Assembly: GCA_964247055.1 (NCBI GenBank)
Contig: OZ176056.1
Span: 5,456,001 to 5,520,000, forward strand
Direction: 5' to 3'
From: Paragordius varius
Taxonomy: Eukaryota > Animalia > Nematomorpha
Length of the DNA stretch: 64,000 bases
Shown piece by piece: positions 1 through 13,336 of this stretch (positions are counted from its first letter, which is position 1; the number at the start of each line of letters is the position of its first letter). Below the pieces are notes generated by a model. It was not told the DNA's origin. It worked only from the letters and a program-made list of their open reading frames with translations, and ran no database searches. The position numbers and the translations under genes were made by a program.

Positions 1-318
1 TCTAAATTAGATAAATAATATTTACATAAAAATTTTGAAATAAATGCAAAAAACTCTAAAATATACATATAAATATATATGTATATTTCCTGAACAAAAT
101 GAAATAGTGAGATAAAATTAATGTTATAAATTTATAAATCAAACTATTTCCAAATTTAATCATAGATAAATTACAATAATAAAATTGGTGTTAATGCAAA
201 AATGGTGCTTGAAATTTAATTTTTTAGAAGATAAATATACATATTAAATAAACATTACTAGTTATTATTTACAAATACCGTTAAAAACAAAACATATATT
301 CTCTTGAAATGAACATAC

Positions 319-339
319 CATTAGCATCATCATCATTTT
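319..339 (-). CDS. 21-nt phase 1-1 micro-exon V1, (E)NDDDAN(G)
   Basis: ctttttag|AA AAT GAT GAT GAT GCT AAT G|gtatgt. Consensus acceptor and donor; paralog at 21826-21846. Confidence 0.5.
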
Positions 340-1167
340 CTAAAAAGACAAAAAATATTTATCAACAATCAATATAAGTAACTCATTCAAAAAATCAACA
401 ATTGATGTCAATACTTAGGAAAATTATCCTGAACAAAATAAAATAGCGCTCTTTTAAATGAACTCCAAATTAATTACAATAATAAAATTGGTGTTAATGC
501 AAAAATATGTTTGAAATTTAATAAGATATTAGTTATTAAATGACAGATAGCATATACAAATCTATACAAATGACGTTTAAATATGAGCAATATTTAATAC
601 TTGAGAAATATTAATTTCCAAAAAATTGGTTTTGTTCAAAAAATGCAATTTTACTAATTTTCGTATCGTTGGATATATATATAAATTATCTTTCAGAAAA
701 AAAATTTGTGGATGAAAATAAACATATAAAAGTGATTTTAAGCATTCATATAATTTTTAGTTTCCAGTTTAAGTTTCATCAAGGTAGCGCTTACTTTATT
801 CAAATTATTTTAATAGCCCAGACTATAATTGATATTTCAAAAGAACTACTGAATGAAATTGCCCTAATTTAAATTTATGCTTCAATATGAATTATAAAAA
901 TAGGCCGAATTTTTTAAAATTTTGTTTTGAAAAAATCTATATTAAACTATTTTGACACCATTTTTATTTTACCAAATTGCAAAATATCGTATTTATTTAA
1001 TTTTTAATCTAATTTAAGTAATTTTTTGATTTATAACACAAACATTGTCAGAAAAAATAGCTAATTACATTATTGTTATATTTAGCTAATAAACACATGT
1101 CATGTTTTATTTAGACCTACATGAGTGGACTTATCAAGTATATAATTTATGATAAATAAATTCTTAA

Positions 1168-1275
1168 AGTAATGGAATATCAACGACCAATCCGTACAAA
1201 TCCCTGTAACATGTTTCTACACAAATTAATATTTTTACTGGGATGTGTACGAATATTTGGTTGATTTTCCACTAT
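1168..1275. repeat. ~105-bp palindromic MITE-like element (also about 13580, 16523, 22496, 32796; half copies about 2335, 23668, 41862)
   Basis: About 40-bp arms TGGAATATCAACC..CGTACAAATCCC.GTAA around a spacer of about 25 nt. Confidence 0.6.
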
Positions 1276-1532
1276 CCTATATTGCATAAATTTTATACTT
1301 TGATCTCCCACTTATGTAAGATCTCAAAATAAAACAGAAATTTTTTATACGCTCGCTGAATATCCTTAATTTTTACTTTTTGCCCTATTTCTATTATTTC
1401 ATTTAGGTCGCAAACAAATAATAGTTTTTACGGCAAATGAATAAGCTGTCATAATCTATAACAAAAAAAAATTTTTTTGTTAACAATTACAAAGATATCT
1501 AAAATATAAAATGTCTATAATTGTCATTATAC

Positions 1533-1571
1533 CCATTCCATTTCCTGCTGGAGTTGTTACTTTGGATGGCA
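1533..1571 (-). CDS. 39-nt linker exon T-A, (V)PSKVTTPAGNGM(G)
   Basis: aaaacag|TG CCA...ATG G|gtataa. Four copies in the window; indels relative to T-B are whole codons. Read-through to the stop at 1480 is an alternative model. Confidence 0.6.
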
Positions 1572-1959
1572 CTGTTTTTATAAAAATGTATTTGTGAATT
1601 TATTATAAAATATATAAACTTCGCATAAATTTTTAAGAATTTGTTATTAATCATAACATACCATATTACAATTTTTAAATTCATAATATACTAGAACTAA
1701 AAATGGAGAATGTTGTGTGTATAGTTTTAAGTTTAGAAACAAGAGAAGTATTAAGACCATTTTACATAAAATAAAAATATTTATAAAATTTAGAATCTAT
1801 TATGCATTATAAAGCAACCTATCTTGATATATTAAAATATAAATAAATTATCAGTAAAATCAATTATAGTGTTGAAAATTGTGTTTATCATTTTTATATT
1901 TGTTTTTTATCATTTTATGAGTATTTTTCCTTTTAATTTAATTTAAATAAAAAAATCAC

Positions 1960-2196
1960 CTGTGATTTCAACTTCACCGCGATACAGAATTTCAGATTGT
2001 GAAGAGACAATTATGGTTTTATTGGTGAGTGAATTCATATCGGTATTTATAGTAACACTAGTCGCATTCAGATTGGTATACAAATATTTTCCTTCGCTGC
2101 TTACATTATACGATGATATCCCATCTTTCGATTCCCAATCCAATTTGATAGATGAGTCATCAATTCTGGTCCAGTTTATTTGGATAATTTCAAATT
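1960..2196 (-). CDS. FN3-like domain exon, variant A (237 nt, phase 1-1)
   Basis: gtctag|AA TTT GAA...ATC ACA G|gtgatt gives FEIIQINWTRIDDSSIKLDWESKDGISSYNVSSEGKYLYTNLNATSVTINTDMNSLTNKTIIVSSQSEILYRGEVEIT. Has S-x-x-L-x-W, Y-x-V and TSVTI motifs and 4 N-x-S/T sequons. FN3 call is by eye. Confidence 0.65.
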
Positions 2197-5100
2197 CTAG
2201 ACAGATTCATACTATGCTTATATATCAAAATTTTCAATTTTTTTGTCATCTGGTTTATGAGTGTTATACTGTTTTATTTTGAAATCTTACATGAAAGGAA
2301 TTATGTAGTATATAATTTTTGCAAAATAGCATTTAAAAGTAGTGCAATATTAACCATCAATCCGTGCAAATCCCAACAAAAATATTAATTTGTTTTAAAA
2401 AAGACATTCCATTTTCCATAGAGACTCAAATATTTTTTATATTAAAGCCCTATTCTGGTCAAATCTATATAATTATAACACGAACACGATATGAATAAAT
2501 ACATTTTTTTAAATCATATATCATTCGAGAGCTAAAACCTTCTGGATAATAAATACAAATAAATATTCGTTTTAGGAAATAAAAAAACTCAAAAGCTAGG
2601 ATTATCACGTAAAAGCTATCTGTAGGAATTATATTCATATAAACTTTATAGGGAAAAATATTTATTATATGGCGTTTAAAATTGAAACAAGCCTAAAATA
2701 TTATCAATATTTGGACAAAATCGGATGTAGCGTATAATTATATTATTATTTCTGTATAACTCAAAAAAACACGACCATATTAATTTAATTTATCCAAAAT
2801 TAAAAATTTTCGTGCGATTTCAGCTTTTGAACAGGGCTTTTAGGTATAAATTCTCTCTAAATAAATAATTGAATTAAAATTTCTGCTTGAATCGTATAGA
2901 AATCGTTTGCATGATAATTATATCAAAGCTTTGGTACAAAATATATGATAAATCCCTTTCGGAGCAAAAATTTTTTTATTTTATATGGGCATTAATCTTT
3001 TAAACACAATATATTGGATGTTTTATCCATATAGTATATATAAAAATTAAAATAAACAATTCAAATATGACGCTAAGTGCGTTTTGGTTTTTATAATAAG
3101 ACTTATAAACATATCTGAGAGGTTTGGATTTTTAATGATGAATAAAATTAAGTTGACGCGTTTTCACTAATATTTTTGATTTTATTTAAAATAACTTTTT
3201 CAGTATTTGAATCGTATCTTTATTCCCTAAAGCTTTTAGCTATCAAATAATATATAGTTGACAAACATATATTTAGAGCCCATTACTACCGCAGAGTGTT
3301 AACATTTTCGCTTTTTAATATTAGTCGATATCAATTCTCTTTGTTACATATGCCTCTCAAATTAACCAGAAATTTATACTCTCATGCTGTTATAAATTAT
3401 CGTATCATTAAAGCCTTTGTTTGCCTTATTGAACTTTTAAAAAGGATTCTGGTTTGGTTAGTTATTTAACACCAAATTTTGTACATTTTTTTAGCAAAGT
3501 TGTAAATTGAGTAAATGGAATTTTAAGCCGTTCATTAATTTAATGCGCATAAACCAATATATCTCTGAATTATTCATATAATATCAGAATCTCCTACCTG
3601 TGTTGCAAATAATAAATATCTGGTAAGTAAAAATAATTTAATTGTTCTATACGAGATATATTTATAGTCTTTGCTTTTTCCACTAAGTAAAAAGCATGAG
3701 TCTAATTTAATTGATTTCTTATCATAACACTATTGTTTTCCAGATTAACGGCAATCGATATATTGTTGTATGTTAAATTATATTTTAATTTATCTTGGTT
3801 CCATTTCAATGTTATGGATTCGTCATCATTAATAGTATAATTACATGTTGTGTCAATTAACCATTGTTAATAAAAAAATGATATTGTTAGAATTTTTTAA
3901 AAAATAACAAATAATATTGGTAGAAGAGCTTCATGTAATATCAAAAATTTAATTTCAATAATTTAATCTTCTATAAAGGGCACTTTATTTCAAGCAGCTG
4001 TTTTTGGGTGCATTTTAATATTATGGAAATTATTTAATAATATTCCATAATTTAAATTGGCTTGAATATCTTTGCATTTATAATTTGGGGTTAAAAGAAA
4101 ACAGATTTTTAAGATTTAATACATAATTATTTACTAGGGAAAAATTCGAGTCCCCATCATTAATAAATGATTTAAAATTTTCTTAGAATAATGTAATTTT
4201 GTTAGAAAGTATCAAATTAATTTTATTTCCTAAGTTGTTTAATACAATTAAATAGCTCTCTATTATAGCAATGGTTTTTAAATCTGTTATTAAATAAATA
4301 TTTATAGTTTATTTGTATTCTGTGTACATAAAAAAAGAAACTGTCTTTTTCTTATTGATTTCTAGTTCAAACTGATTCAAAAAATTAGCTATCATTTATA
4401 GAGTTGTTTAAATGTTATTTTTCTCAAATTATAAAACTACCATTAATTCGGTTAAATTAGATTATAATATAATAAAATAGACGCCAGACTTTCATAAAAT
4501 TGTAAAATTAAATTATGGCCACATTTATAGATATTAAATAATGAAAGTCAAATTTGAATTATATATAATTAATTATATAATTAAATAAATTACCCTCGAA
4601 AGCTAATAAAAACCTGGATTTGTTTTTAAACTTAAGCTGATTATTCTAACATTTAATTTATATTTTATATTTACTTAGCGTGTCATAAATTAGGGACCGT
4701 TAAAAGTTTGAGGAGTTTATTTAGAATTACCTAGACTCGCGTTTAAATAAAATTACAAAAACGGTATTAAGCATAATTTCCAATATTTAGCTAAATATCT
4801 AATGGCCCCAAACTAACAATTTGGTAGCCATAAAGAAGTTATTAATTACACACATCAAAAGCTTAGAATGATAGTTTATCTCAGACCGCAGAAATACTAT
4901 GGATTGGACATAAACTATGTCTGGATGTCGTATGATGGATAAATTGGCTGGTACTATTTTTGTAAAGTTTATTTACTTTTTTAACAAAACACCGAATTCT
5001 GCATGTTAAAATTTAATAAGAAAATAATTAAAAACATAAAAAATTTTAAAAAACTAATTTGTATAAAATCCTTTTACGATAAAATTATGCGCCATCAAAA

Positions 5101-5330
5101 TCAAATAATATGTTTATATGGCGAACTATTTAAAAAAACTCTAATATTAGCTAACTATGTGTTTTTTAATTCAATATATACTAACAATGTGTGCCTCAAC
5201 ATATATCAAATCATAAATAATAAAAATTCTATAATCTCTGCACTTTAATTATTGATGATTTTAGTTCGAATATTTTTTTCAAAGAATATTTACAAGATCT
5301 TGGCAAATAAATCAATTAAAAAATAAATAC

Positions 5331-5393
5331 CAGCCATAGTATTTGATTTTTCATTTTCTTTAGCTTCCATCCCAGATCCATTATTTGCCACTT
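5331..5393 (-). CDS. mini-exon R1, (E)VANNGSGMEAKENEKSNTMA(G)
   Basis: tatccag|...GCT G|gtattt; 63 nt, open frame. Confidence 0.55.
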
Positions 5394-6136
5394 CTGGATA
5401 TTTTAAAATACATACTATATAATTGATATATCTAAGTTATATATTGCTAAATTGATCATAAATTAGTTTTTATAATTTAGAGACAACCCACTATATCTCT
5501 CAATCGGAAAAATATAATCTCAAAATTATGATTTTTAGCAATCGGCTATTTTTAAATAATTTGATATAATTTTTTACAAAAAATAAGTAAAGTGGTGAAC
5601 ATCAGAAGGTTAAATAATTCACATTTTTAAATTTAATAATTTGGCTACTTTTGTTAAAAAAGCTTTCATATAATATATAAAATAAAGTGTAATAATCCAT
5701 CAGATTGAAATAATTAAATTAAATTTAATTTTTTGAATATAATCGGACTTTCATCAAAATTTAATTATTTAAAGAATTTAAAAATCATTACTTGGCCTCA
5801 TCGGAGTTTAATAATATGTTTGCAAAATTATTTCTACATAAAAAGATAGTCACCTAACAAGCAAACTTTACAATTGGGGGTTTATAATTATCAATCCATT
5901 TAAAGAGAATCTTATGTTATTTGTTTTTTAAGCGGTGACTTTTAAGTTCATGCCATCTATGTTTACTATAAAATAATTTTTGAATTTGGGCACCACTGCC
6001 CTTATTTTGGTGTTATGTTACATTTGAGAATAAGACCATAAATATGATAATATAAATTTATTAGATAATGTTACTCAAAATATTTAATCATTGATATAAG
6101 AAAAATAACTTTTATTTATTAGAAAAAAAAATATAC

Positions 6137-6175
6137 CAATTGTATTTGTATTATTAGCAGGATTGTCCATGTTTT
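6137..6175 (-). pseudogene. mini-exon Q1 with damaged acceptor, NMDNPANNTNTI(G)
   Basis: Donor G|gtatat is intact. The acceptor segment is deleted relative to the duplicate at 27462-27509, and the frame is still open. Confidence 0.4.
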
Positions 6176-6326
6176 CTTTGTTAAATATTATTTAGAGTAA
6201 AATATTTAATATTTTACATTGTTATATTAATACTAAAACATCATTAGTAAAATGCAAGGTGTAATATTTATCTGAATATATTGCAAAAAGGGTTGTGCAG
6301 TTAAAATATGCCCTTATAGCCTCACA

Positions 6327-6910
6327 CAGTGGCGGAACTATAATTGTGAGCCGCCCCGCAAGCTTTAAATACTGGCAACCTTTCCCCCCAAAAAATCGTA
6401 TGAAGTTATCTTTTGATCTGGCGCCTCACTTAGATTCCTAAACATATATTTAAACCTATCCTACTATGAAGATAAAATTCCTAATTCAAAAGACAGCTTG
6501 TTAAGTGAAGCTTTCTCTATTTTTGGCATCACATATTCGTTGATATAAACACATTGTCAACATATGCGTAGAATACGGGCCCATCTAGGAATAGCAGCGG
6601 GGAAACTGCTTAAATATAAATTAATTGCTAAAAGTTATTTTTACGGAATTCGGATAAATAAATTTTGACATTTGTTTAGTCAGAATAAATTATTTTAATA
6701 TGGTTTTTTGATATTATAATAACGGGGCATCGAACCGGTCCTAAAAAAGTAGAATTAGAACCGGGCTTTAATTTCAAAATGAATCGCTTCCTAAAACAGC
6801 AACAGGTTCCAATACGACTCATAAATATGAAATAATGTATTGATTAAATGGAACATTAATGTGCGGACCGCCAAGTTTTTAAATTTTGAGAATGGCCCTC
6901 TTAAATTGCC
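6327..6910. mobile_element. possible hAT-like non-autonomous remnant (duplicate at about 27657-28250)
   Basis: Starts CAGTGGCGGAACT and replaces the repeat-unit sequence seen in sibling units. Contains GAACCG-type motifs like those at 58510-58760. No second TIR or TSD found. Confidence 0.3.
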
Positions 6911-7117
6911 GAGCATTGTTTTGTTACTCCTTATCAAAATTACGAAATCGGTAATATTGTTTTAAAGAAGCAATATTATTTGATTGCGTTAAAGCTATAG
7001 AAATGGTTAGGGAACCTTATGGTGATGGGCCGCGTAGCCCCTTAAAGCACTACCTCTTTAAATCAAAAAATATCTTTTTAAATAATTACTTTTGCCATTA
7101 TGTAATATAAAATCTAC

Positions 7118-7174
7118 CAATTGAAGTGTTACGGTCAGGCTGTCGACTCGATTCACTCTTTTTTTCTTTTGCCA
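7118..7174 (-). CDS. mini-exon U2, (V)AKEKKSESSRQPDRNTSI(G)
   Basis: actttag|TG GCA...ATT G|gtagat; 57 nt. Confidence 0.55.
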
Positions 7175-7912
7175 CTAAAGTTATTATGAAAAATAAAGTC
7201 TTAAATTTATATAATTATATTATTAATTATATCATTATAAGATTTCAATTTTTCTGTAGGATATCTGATAAAAAAATTGAAATTTTTGCATTATGTAAAT
7301 TATCTCAGTAAGCCTAGTGATATGTTCAGGCTACCACTGGATTCACTGTATTTTCTTTTGACACGAAAGATATTATTTTAAATGAATAAATTTATATAAT
7401 TATAATTATAAAATATATCAATATGAGGTTTCAATTTTCCTGTAGGATAACCCTAGCCTCTAAGTATGCAATTAAGCTATTACGCATGATTCAGATAAAT
7501 AGGCTGTTAAATATTCTTGAATTTTTTGAACAAAACACCGAATTCGGATGTTAAAATTGAAGAAGAAAATAATTATAGACATATCATAATAAGTAGTTAC
7601 AACAAAACCAATTTGTTTAATAATCTTTTTATGTTAAAATTAATATAAAATAGCCTACTAAAATTATTTCGATATAGTGCCATACCGCTAATGATAACAT
7701 TATTGCAATCAATAATTATTACTAAACTTAGAATGTGCTTTTAAATATACTAACAAAATGTAGTGCCTCACCATATATCAAATCATAAATAGTTAAAATT
7801 CTATGAGCTTTAAGACACTATAACTATTGATGATTTTAGTTACAATCCTTTTTTTTTCAAAGAAAATTTGTATCAAAGATCTTGGCAAAAAATTAATTGA
7901 AAAAATAAAAAC

Positions 7913-7972
7913 CAGAGATATTGCTAGGTTTTACACTCTCTCTAGATTTCATATCAGATCCAGCATTTGTTT
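7913..7972 (-). CDS. mini-exon R2, (E)TNAGSDMKSRESVKPSNIS(G), weak splice sites
   Basis: ttaag|...TCT G|gttttt; 60 nt, open frame. Confidence 0.4.
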
Positions 7973-9186
7973 CTTAAGATTTTAAAATACATAATATTAA
8001 TTATTATTCAATCAAATTAAATGCTAAATCGGTCATAAATGTATCATAATTTTCATTCAACTCACTAATTCTAAAATTTATCATAAACAGGTTAGTTACA
8101 CATTTAAACTAACAATCAAACTTTACAGTTGGGATTTATTATAAAACGTTAAATATTCAATCAAAGATATCAATATATAGAGCCTTATATTTTATTTGTT
8201 TTATAAGCGACTTTCACGGTCATGTCATCTAAGTTATTGTAAAATTAATTTTTTGGATTTGGGTATTGCCCTTGCTGATATTACATCATATTTTTCTAAA
8301 ATTGCTTATATATTAATTATTCTAAAAGAAAAATACGATTTTTTGATCGTTATTATCTGATAATATCATAATAATTTAATATCTCAAGTTTTATCATTTT
8401 ATTTTTAATTATGGTTATTTTTCATTTTTTGCCTAATTTTGATTTTCTATCAATATTTGAAAAACTAAGTCGTTTATATAAAAATTTTCTGGCAAAAAAT
8501 TCGCTGGTTAGAACTTCATGAAAAAAAATAGATATAAAAATTGACCTTCTTTTTTACACACAGTGAAATAGTTGTTAACTAATTTATATCTATAAATATA
8601 TTTAAAGATTATTTAATAATATGCCGTAAATTGGCTTTTCGATTAGCAATCACAAATTGGAAATAACTTTCTTTAATCTTGGGGCCCCCTATAACAATTT
8701 TCTTACATATTTTTACGAGATTGTATATCATAATTTTGTGTTTAAAATTTAAAAATTCGCATATAAAAGATTAAATTTGAGCCATGTCAAAAATTAAATT
8801 ATTTAGGCATGGGAATCATGTATTAAATATTACATTAAAATTATTTTTATTCACAAAAAAACGATTAATATATCTATAATCCAAACTTCTCAAAACTTAA
8901 TATAAAACAAATAGCCTACTAAAACTTTTTACGCTAATGATACCTATGAATTTTTTCATAAATATTATGCCATCAAAACTCAAATGTGTATTTTGGCGAA
9001 AAATATAGTAGAATGTGTTGAATTCAATATATATATTAAATAATTTTAATGGCTTAACATATCTCAAATTATAAATTTTAAAAATTGTATGACCTCTAAA
9101 CTGTAATTATGTTGATTTTAGTTGCAATCCTTTTTTAAGATAATTTGTGAGAAACAATCAAGAAAAATAATTAGATAACTATATAC

Positions 9187-9240
9187 CAGTGATATTCTTT
9201 GGTTTTACGTTTTCTTCCATTCTAGATCCATTTGTTACTT
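9187..9240 (-). CDS. mini-exon R3, (E)VTNGSRMEENVKPKNIT(G)
   Basis: aatccag|...ACT G|gtatat; 54 nt. Confidence 0.55.
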
Positions 9241-9897
9241 CTGGATTTTATAATACATAATATATAACTAATATATCTAAGTTAAATATTGCGAAATCGG
9301 TCATAAATGTAGTTTTTATAATTTTCATACCACCATATCTCAATCGGAAAATATAGAATAACTCAAAATGATTTTTAGTAGTCGGCTATTTTTGACGAGT
9401 AAGTTAAGTGTGTGAACCATCAGATTTTTCAATATAATTCAATTTTTTAAAAATTTAATAATTTGGATACTTTTGTTGTAAAACCTTTTACATATATAAT
9501 AAATAAAGTGCAATAATTCAGATTGAAATAATTAAAAATATTATAAAAAACAATATTTTAAATCTAATTAGAATGTCATAAAATTATTTTTCAATTTGCT
9601 ATGCATCGGACTCTAAAAATATATTTGCAAATATATTACATAACAGGTTAGTTACTCATTTTATCTAATAACCAAAATTTACATTTGGGGGTTAAAAATA
9701 ATCAATTCTTCTAAATTATTTGTTTTATAAACGGTTTTTACGTTATTGTTGTCTAAGTTAACTATAAAATTAATTTTTTCAGAATAATATCAGCATAAAT
9801 ATGATAATATATAAATAAAAAAATAATCATATTCAAAATTATATTAAAACATTGATATACGAAATATAACTTTTAGCTATTATATGAAAAAATATAC

Positions 9898-9948
9898 CAA
9901 TTGGATTATTATTTTTAGCGGGCACAATGTCCATATTTCCTTTGGAAT
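9898..9948 (-). CDS. mini-exon Q3, (D)SKGNMDIVPAKNNNPI(G)
   Basis: attttag|AT TCC...ATT G|gtatat; 51 nt. Confidence 0.55.
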
Positions 9949-10808
9949 CTAAAATATTATTTAGAGTGAGGTATTTAATAATATAGTATAGATTGTTATA
10001 TTAATATAAAAACATCAGTAATAAAATGCGAGATCTAATATTTATAAGAATACATTGCAAAAAGGGTTCTGCGATCAAAAAATATACTCTTATAGGCTTA
10101 TAATCATTAAACGCTACTTGTTTTATAAATCTAAAAAAGCGTTTTTATTGATTGATAAAATATTTGTCTTTGGGAAAAATGCTATGTTTCGACTGTTCGG
10201 GAAAAACGTTTTATTGACTGGGAAAACGTTTCGATTGAATATAATTGTTAAACATACATCAATAACAGTATGATTACACATCTATTTCAAGACAACAACT
10301 CAATTTTATAATTATATTTGGGAGTTGACTAATCAACACTTTGTTTCAGATATTAATACAGGAGATTCGGTGTAAATTATTTTTATAGCAGATGTATTTA
10401 TCACAATTGACTTCGCGATCCGCATTTTAGGATCAAAAATCCGAAGGGTCACATTATCGAAATTGAGCACAAACATTTTATTTAATTTTTAACATGACTG
10501 TAAAAACTAATATTTATTTACATAATGTTGTTAATTTTTGCCAAAATTATCGAAATAGGAAAATTTGTTTTGGAAACAAAATTTTTTGATCCCAAATCTA
10601 TATAAATGGTTAGAGACCGGAGGATGATAGGCTGTTTAACACCCTGTGTAGTGTACTACCTTAATTGTGATACCATGTATTAAAATAATATCCACATAAA
10701 CGTGAAAATAAATTTAAGAAATAACTTTTATATAAAATATTTTTACTATAAAATATATTAATGAACCACTAATAAAAGAACTTTTGCCATTTGTAATATA
10801 TAATCTAC

Positions 10809-10868
10809 CAGTTGTAGTGTTATGGGCTTCAAACTCACCATTGGTTTCATTCTTATTTTGTTTTGACC
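10809..10868 (-). CDS. mini-exon U4, (G)SKQNKNETNGEFEAHNTTT(G)
   Basis: actatag|GG TCA...ACT G|gtagat; 60 nt. Confidence 0.55.
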
Positions 10869-11341
10869 CTATAGTTATTATTTTAATTAAAGTTTTAAAA
10901 TATAATTATATTCATAAAAGGTTCATTTTTTCTGCAGAATACCCTCTGCCTCCAAGTATGCAATTACAATTACTCATGATCGAGATAAATTGGCCGTTAA
11001 TATTTTTGTAAAGTTTATATACTTTTTTAACAAAACACCGAATTCAGCATGATAAAATTTTATAAGAAAATAATTAAAAACATAAAATTTTTTAAAAAAC
11101 TATTTTGTATAAATAACCTTTTTACGATAAAATTATGCGCCATCAATAATCAAATAATATGTATTAAGGAGAAAAACTCTTTAAAAAAACTCTCAAGTAT
11201 TAGTTAACTTAGAATGTGTTTTTAAGTTCAATATATACTAACAAAATATATCTGCACTATACTTATTGATTTTAGTTAGAATACTTTTTTTCAATACAAA
11301 ATTTGTTGAGAATCTTGGAAATCAATTAAAAATATAAATAT

Positions 11342-11401
11342 GAGATATATTATTTGGTTTTCCACTTTCTTTAGATTCCATATCAGCTCCATCGATTGTT
11401 T
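11342..11401 (-). pseudogene. mini-exon R4 with lost donor, TIDGADMESKESGKPNNIS
   Basis: Homologous to R2 and R6. G|GT is replaced by C|AT, the acceptor is AAG, and the frame is still open. Confidence 0.4.
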
Positions 11402-11946
11402 CTTTTAAAGATTTTAAAATACATAATATATAATTAATATTAAACTATATTGCTAAATCGGTCATCAATGTAGTTTTTAAATATTTCATACAATTCACTG
11501 GATCTCTCAATTAGAAATTATTGAAAAACTCAAAATGGTTTTCTGCTATTTTTGAAGGATAATTTCGTTTAAGCTTTTACAGCATCTAACTTAAATGAAT
11601 TAGTTTGTATAAATATCCATTTACGATAAAATTAATATAAAATAGACTACTAAATTTTTTCAATATAGTACCACACCGCTAATGATTCATAAGAAGTTTG
11701 ACATTGCCATAAATAATCAAATATGTATTCTGGCGAATAACTCCTTAAAAAACTTTAAAATATTAGTAAACTTAGGATCTGTTGAATTCAATGTATATTA
11801 AATAAATTTAGTGCCTCAACATATCTCAAATCATAATAGTGAGCTCTAGATCACTGTAATTACGAATAATTTTAGTTGCTATCCGTTTTTTGAAGAAATT
11901 TTGTTAAAAGATCTTGTCAAAAAAATTAAATAAAAAAACTATATAC

Positions 11947-12009
11947 CAGAAGACATGGTACTTGATTTTCCACTTTCATTAGATTTCATCTCAGCTCCAT
12001 TAGTTACTT
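11947..12009 (-). CDS. mini-exon R5, (E)VTNGAEMKSNESGKSSTMSS(G)
   Basis: tctccag|...TCT G|gtatat; 63 nt. Confidence 0.55.
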
Positions 12010-12800
12010 CTGGAGATTCTAAAATAAATAATATATGATTAATATTCATAAATTAAATTATATTGCTAAATCGGTTATAAAGTAGTTTTTATTATATTCA
12101 TACAATTCACTAGATCTCTCAATCGGAAAATATAGGATGACTAAAAATGATGATTTTATTAGTCGGCTCTGTTTGAAAAATAATTTTTTAGCTTTTACAG
12201 CAAGTAAAGTAAAGTGTGTGAACAATCAGATTTTTTTGAAATAATTCATATTTTCATAAATTTAATAATTTGGATACTAAAAAGCTTTCATATAATAAAA
12301 GTAAAATGTAATAATCCATCAGATAAAAATAATTAAAAATTATATATAAAATTTAATACTTCGAAAATAATTAGACTTTTATCAAAATATTTGAAGTAAA
12401 ATTTAAAAGTCATTTTCAAATTGGTTTGCTTTGAAGTCTAAATGTATATTTGCAAAATTTATTTTACATAACAGATTAGAAATTAGATACAAATTTGACC
12501 TAACAACCAAAATTTACAATTGGGGGTTTAAAATAATTAATCCTTATGAAAATGTACAAGATATCAATATAGAGAGCTTAAGCGCTGACTTTTACGTTCA
12601 TGTCATATAAGTTTACTGTTTAATTATTTTTTTGGATTTGAGCACTGTCCTTATTACGGTATAATGTTGCGATATAGAATAATATTACCATAATTATGAT
12701 AATAAATAAATAAAAAATAATTAGCAATTGTAACTCTAAATTATAATTTCCCATTGATATTAGCATTATAACATTTTGCTATTATAGTAAAAAAATATAC

Positions 12801-12872
12801 CCATTGAATTAGTGTTAGTGTTGACAGGCGCAACGTTAGATGGACTTGCATTGTCCATGTTTCCGTTGAAAT
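12801..12872 (-). CDS. mini-exon Q5, (D)FNGNMDNASPSNVAPVNTNTNSM(G)
   Basis: atttaag|AT TTC...ATG G|gtatat; 72 nt. Confidence 0.55.
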
Positions 12873-13336
12873 CTTAAATATTGGTTACAGCGATAAATAA
12901 TTTACATTGTTATATTAATGATGAAATATTAATAAAATGCTAGGTTTATTTTTATGAAAAATTATTCAACTTTTCAACATTATTTATAAACAGATTATAT
13001 TATTAAAATAAATCAAAATAGCCTACGTAAACATTAATATAGCGCCATCCCGCTAATGATTGCTATGAATTTTTACACAAATATTGCGTAATCAATAATC
13101 AAATGTGTATTTTGGCGATAACTTCCTTAAAAAACTCTAAAGTATTCGTCAACTAATAATGTGTTTTTGATTTCCATATATACTAAAAAATATAGTGCCT
13201 CAACATTAAATCATAAATAATAAAAATGACCTCTATGACACTGTATTACTAATGATCTTAGTTACAATGAATTCTTTAAGCAAAATTTGGAGAGAATCAA
13301 TGATCTTAGGCAAAAAAATTATTTATAAAAACATAC

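Noticed and set aside
793-866. AG...gtaagc-bounded segment on the minus strand
   Set aside because: Stops present, and non-triplet indels versus the duplicate at about 22110-22190.
5003-5248. 81-aa ORF duplicated at 26322-26567; similar duplicated ORFs at 53469, 54684 and 56353
   Set aside because: Non-ATG or low-complexity K/I/N/F ORFs, duplicated only because the DNA is. The frame is broken in older sibling units.
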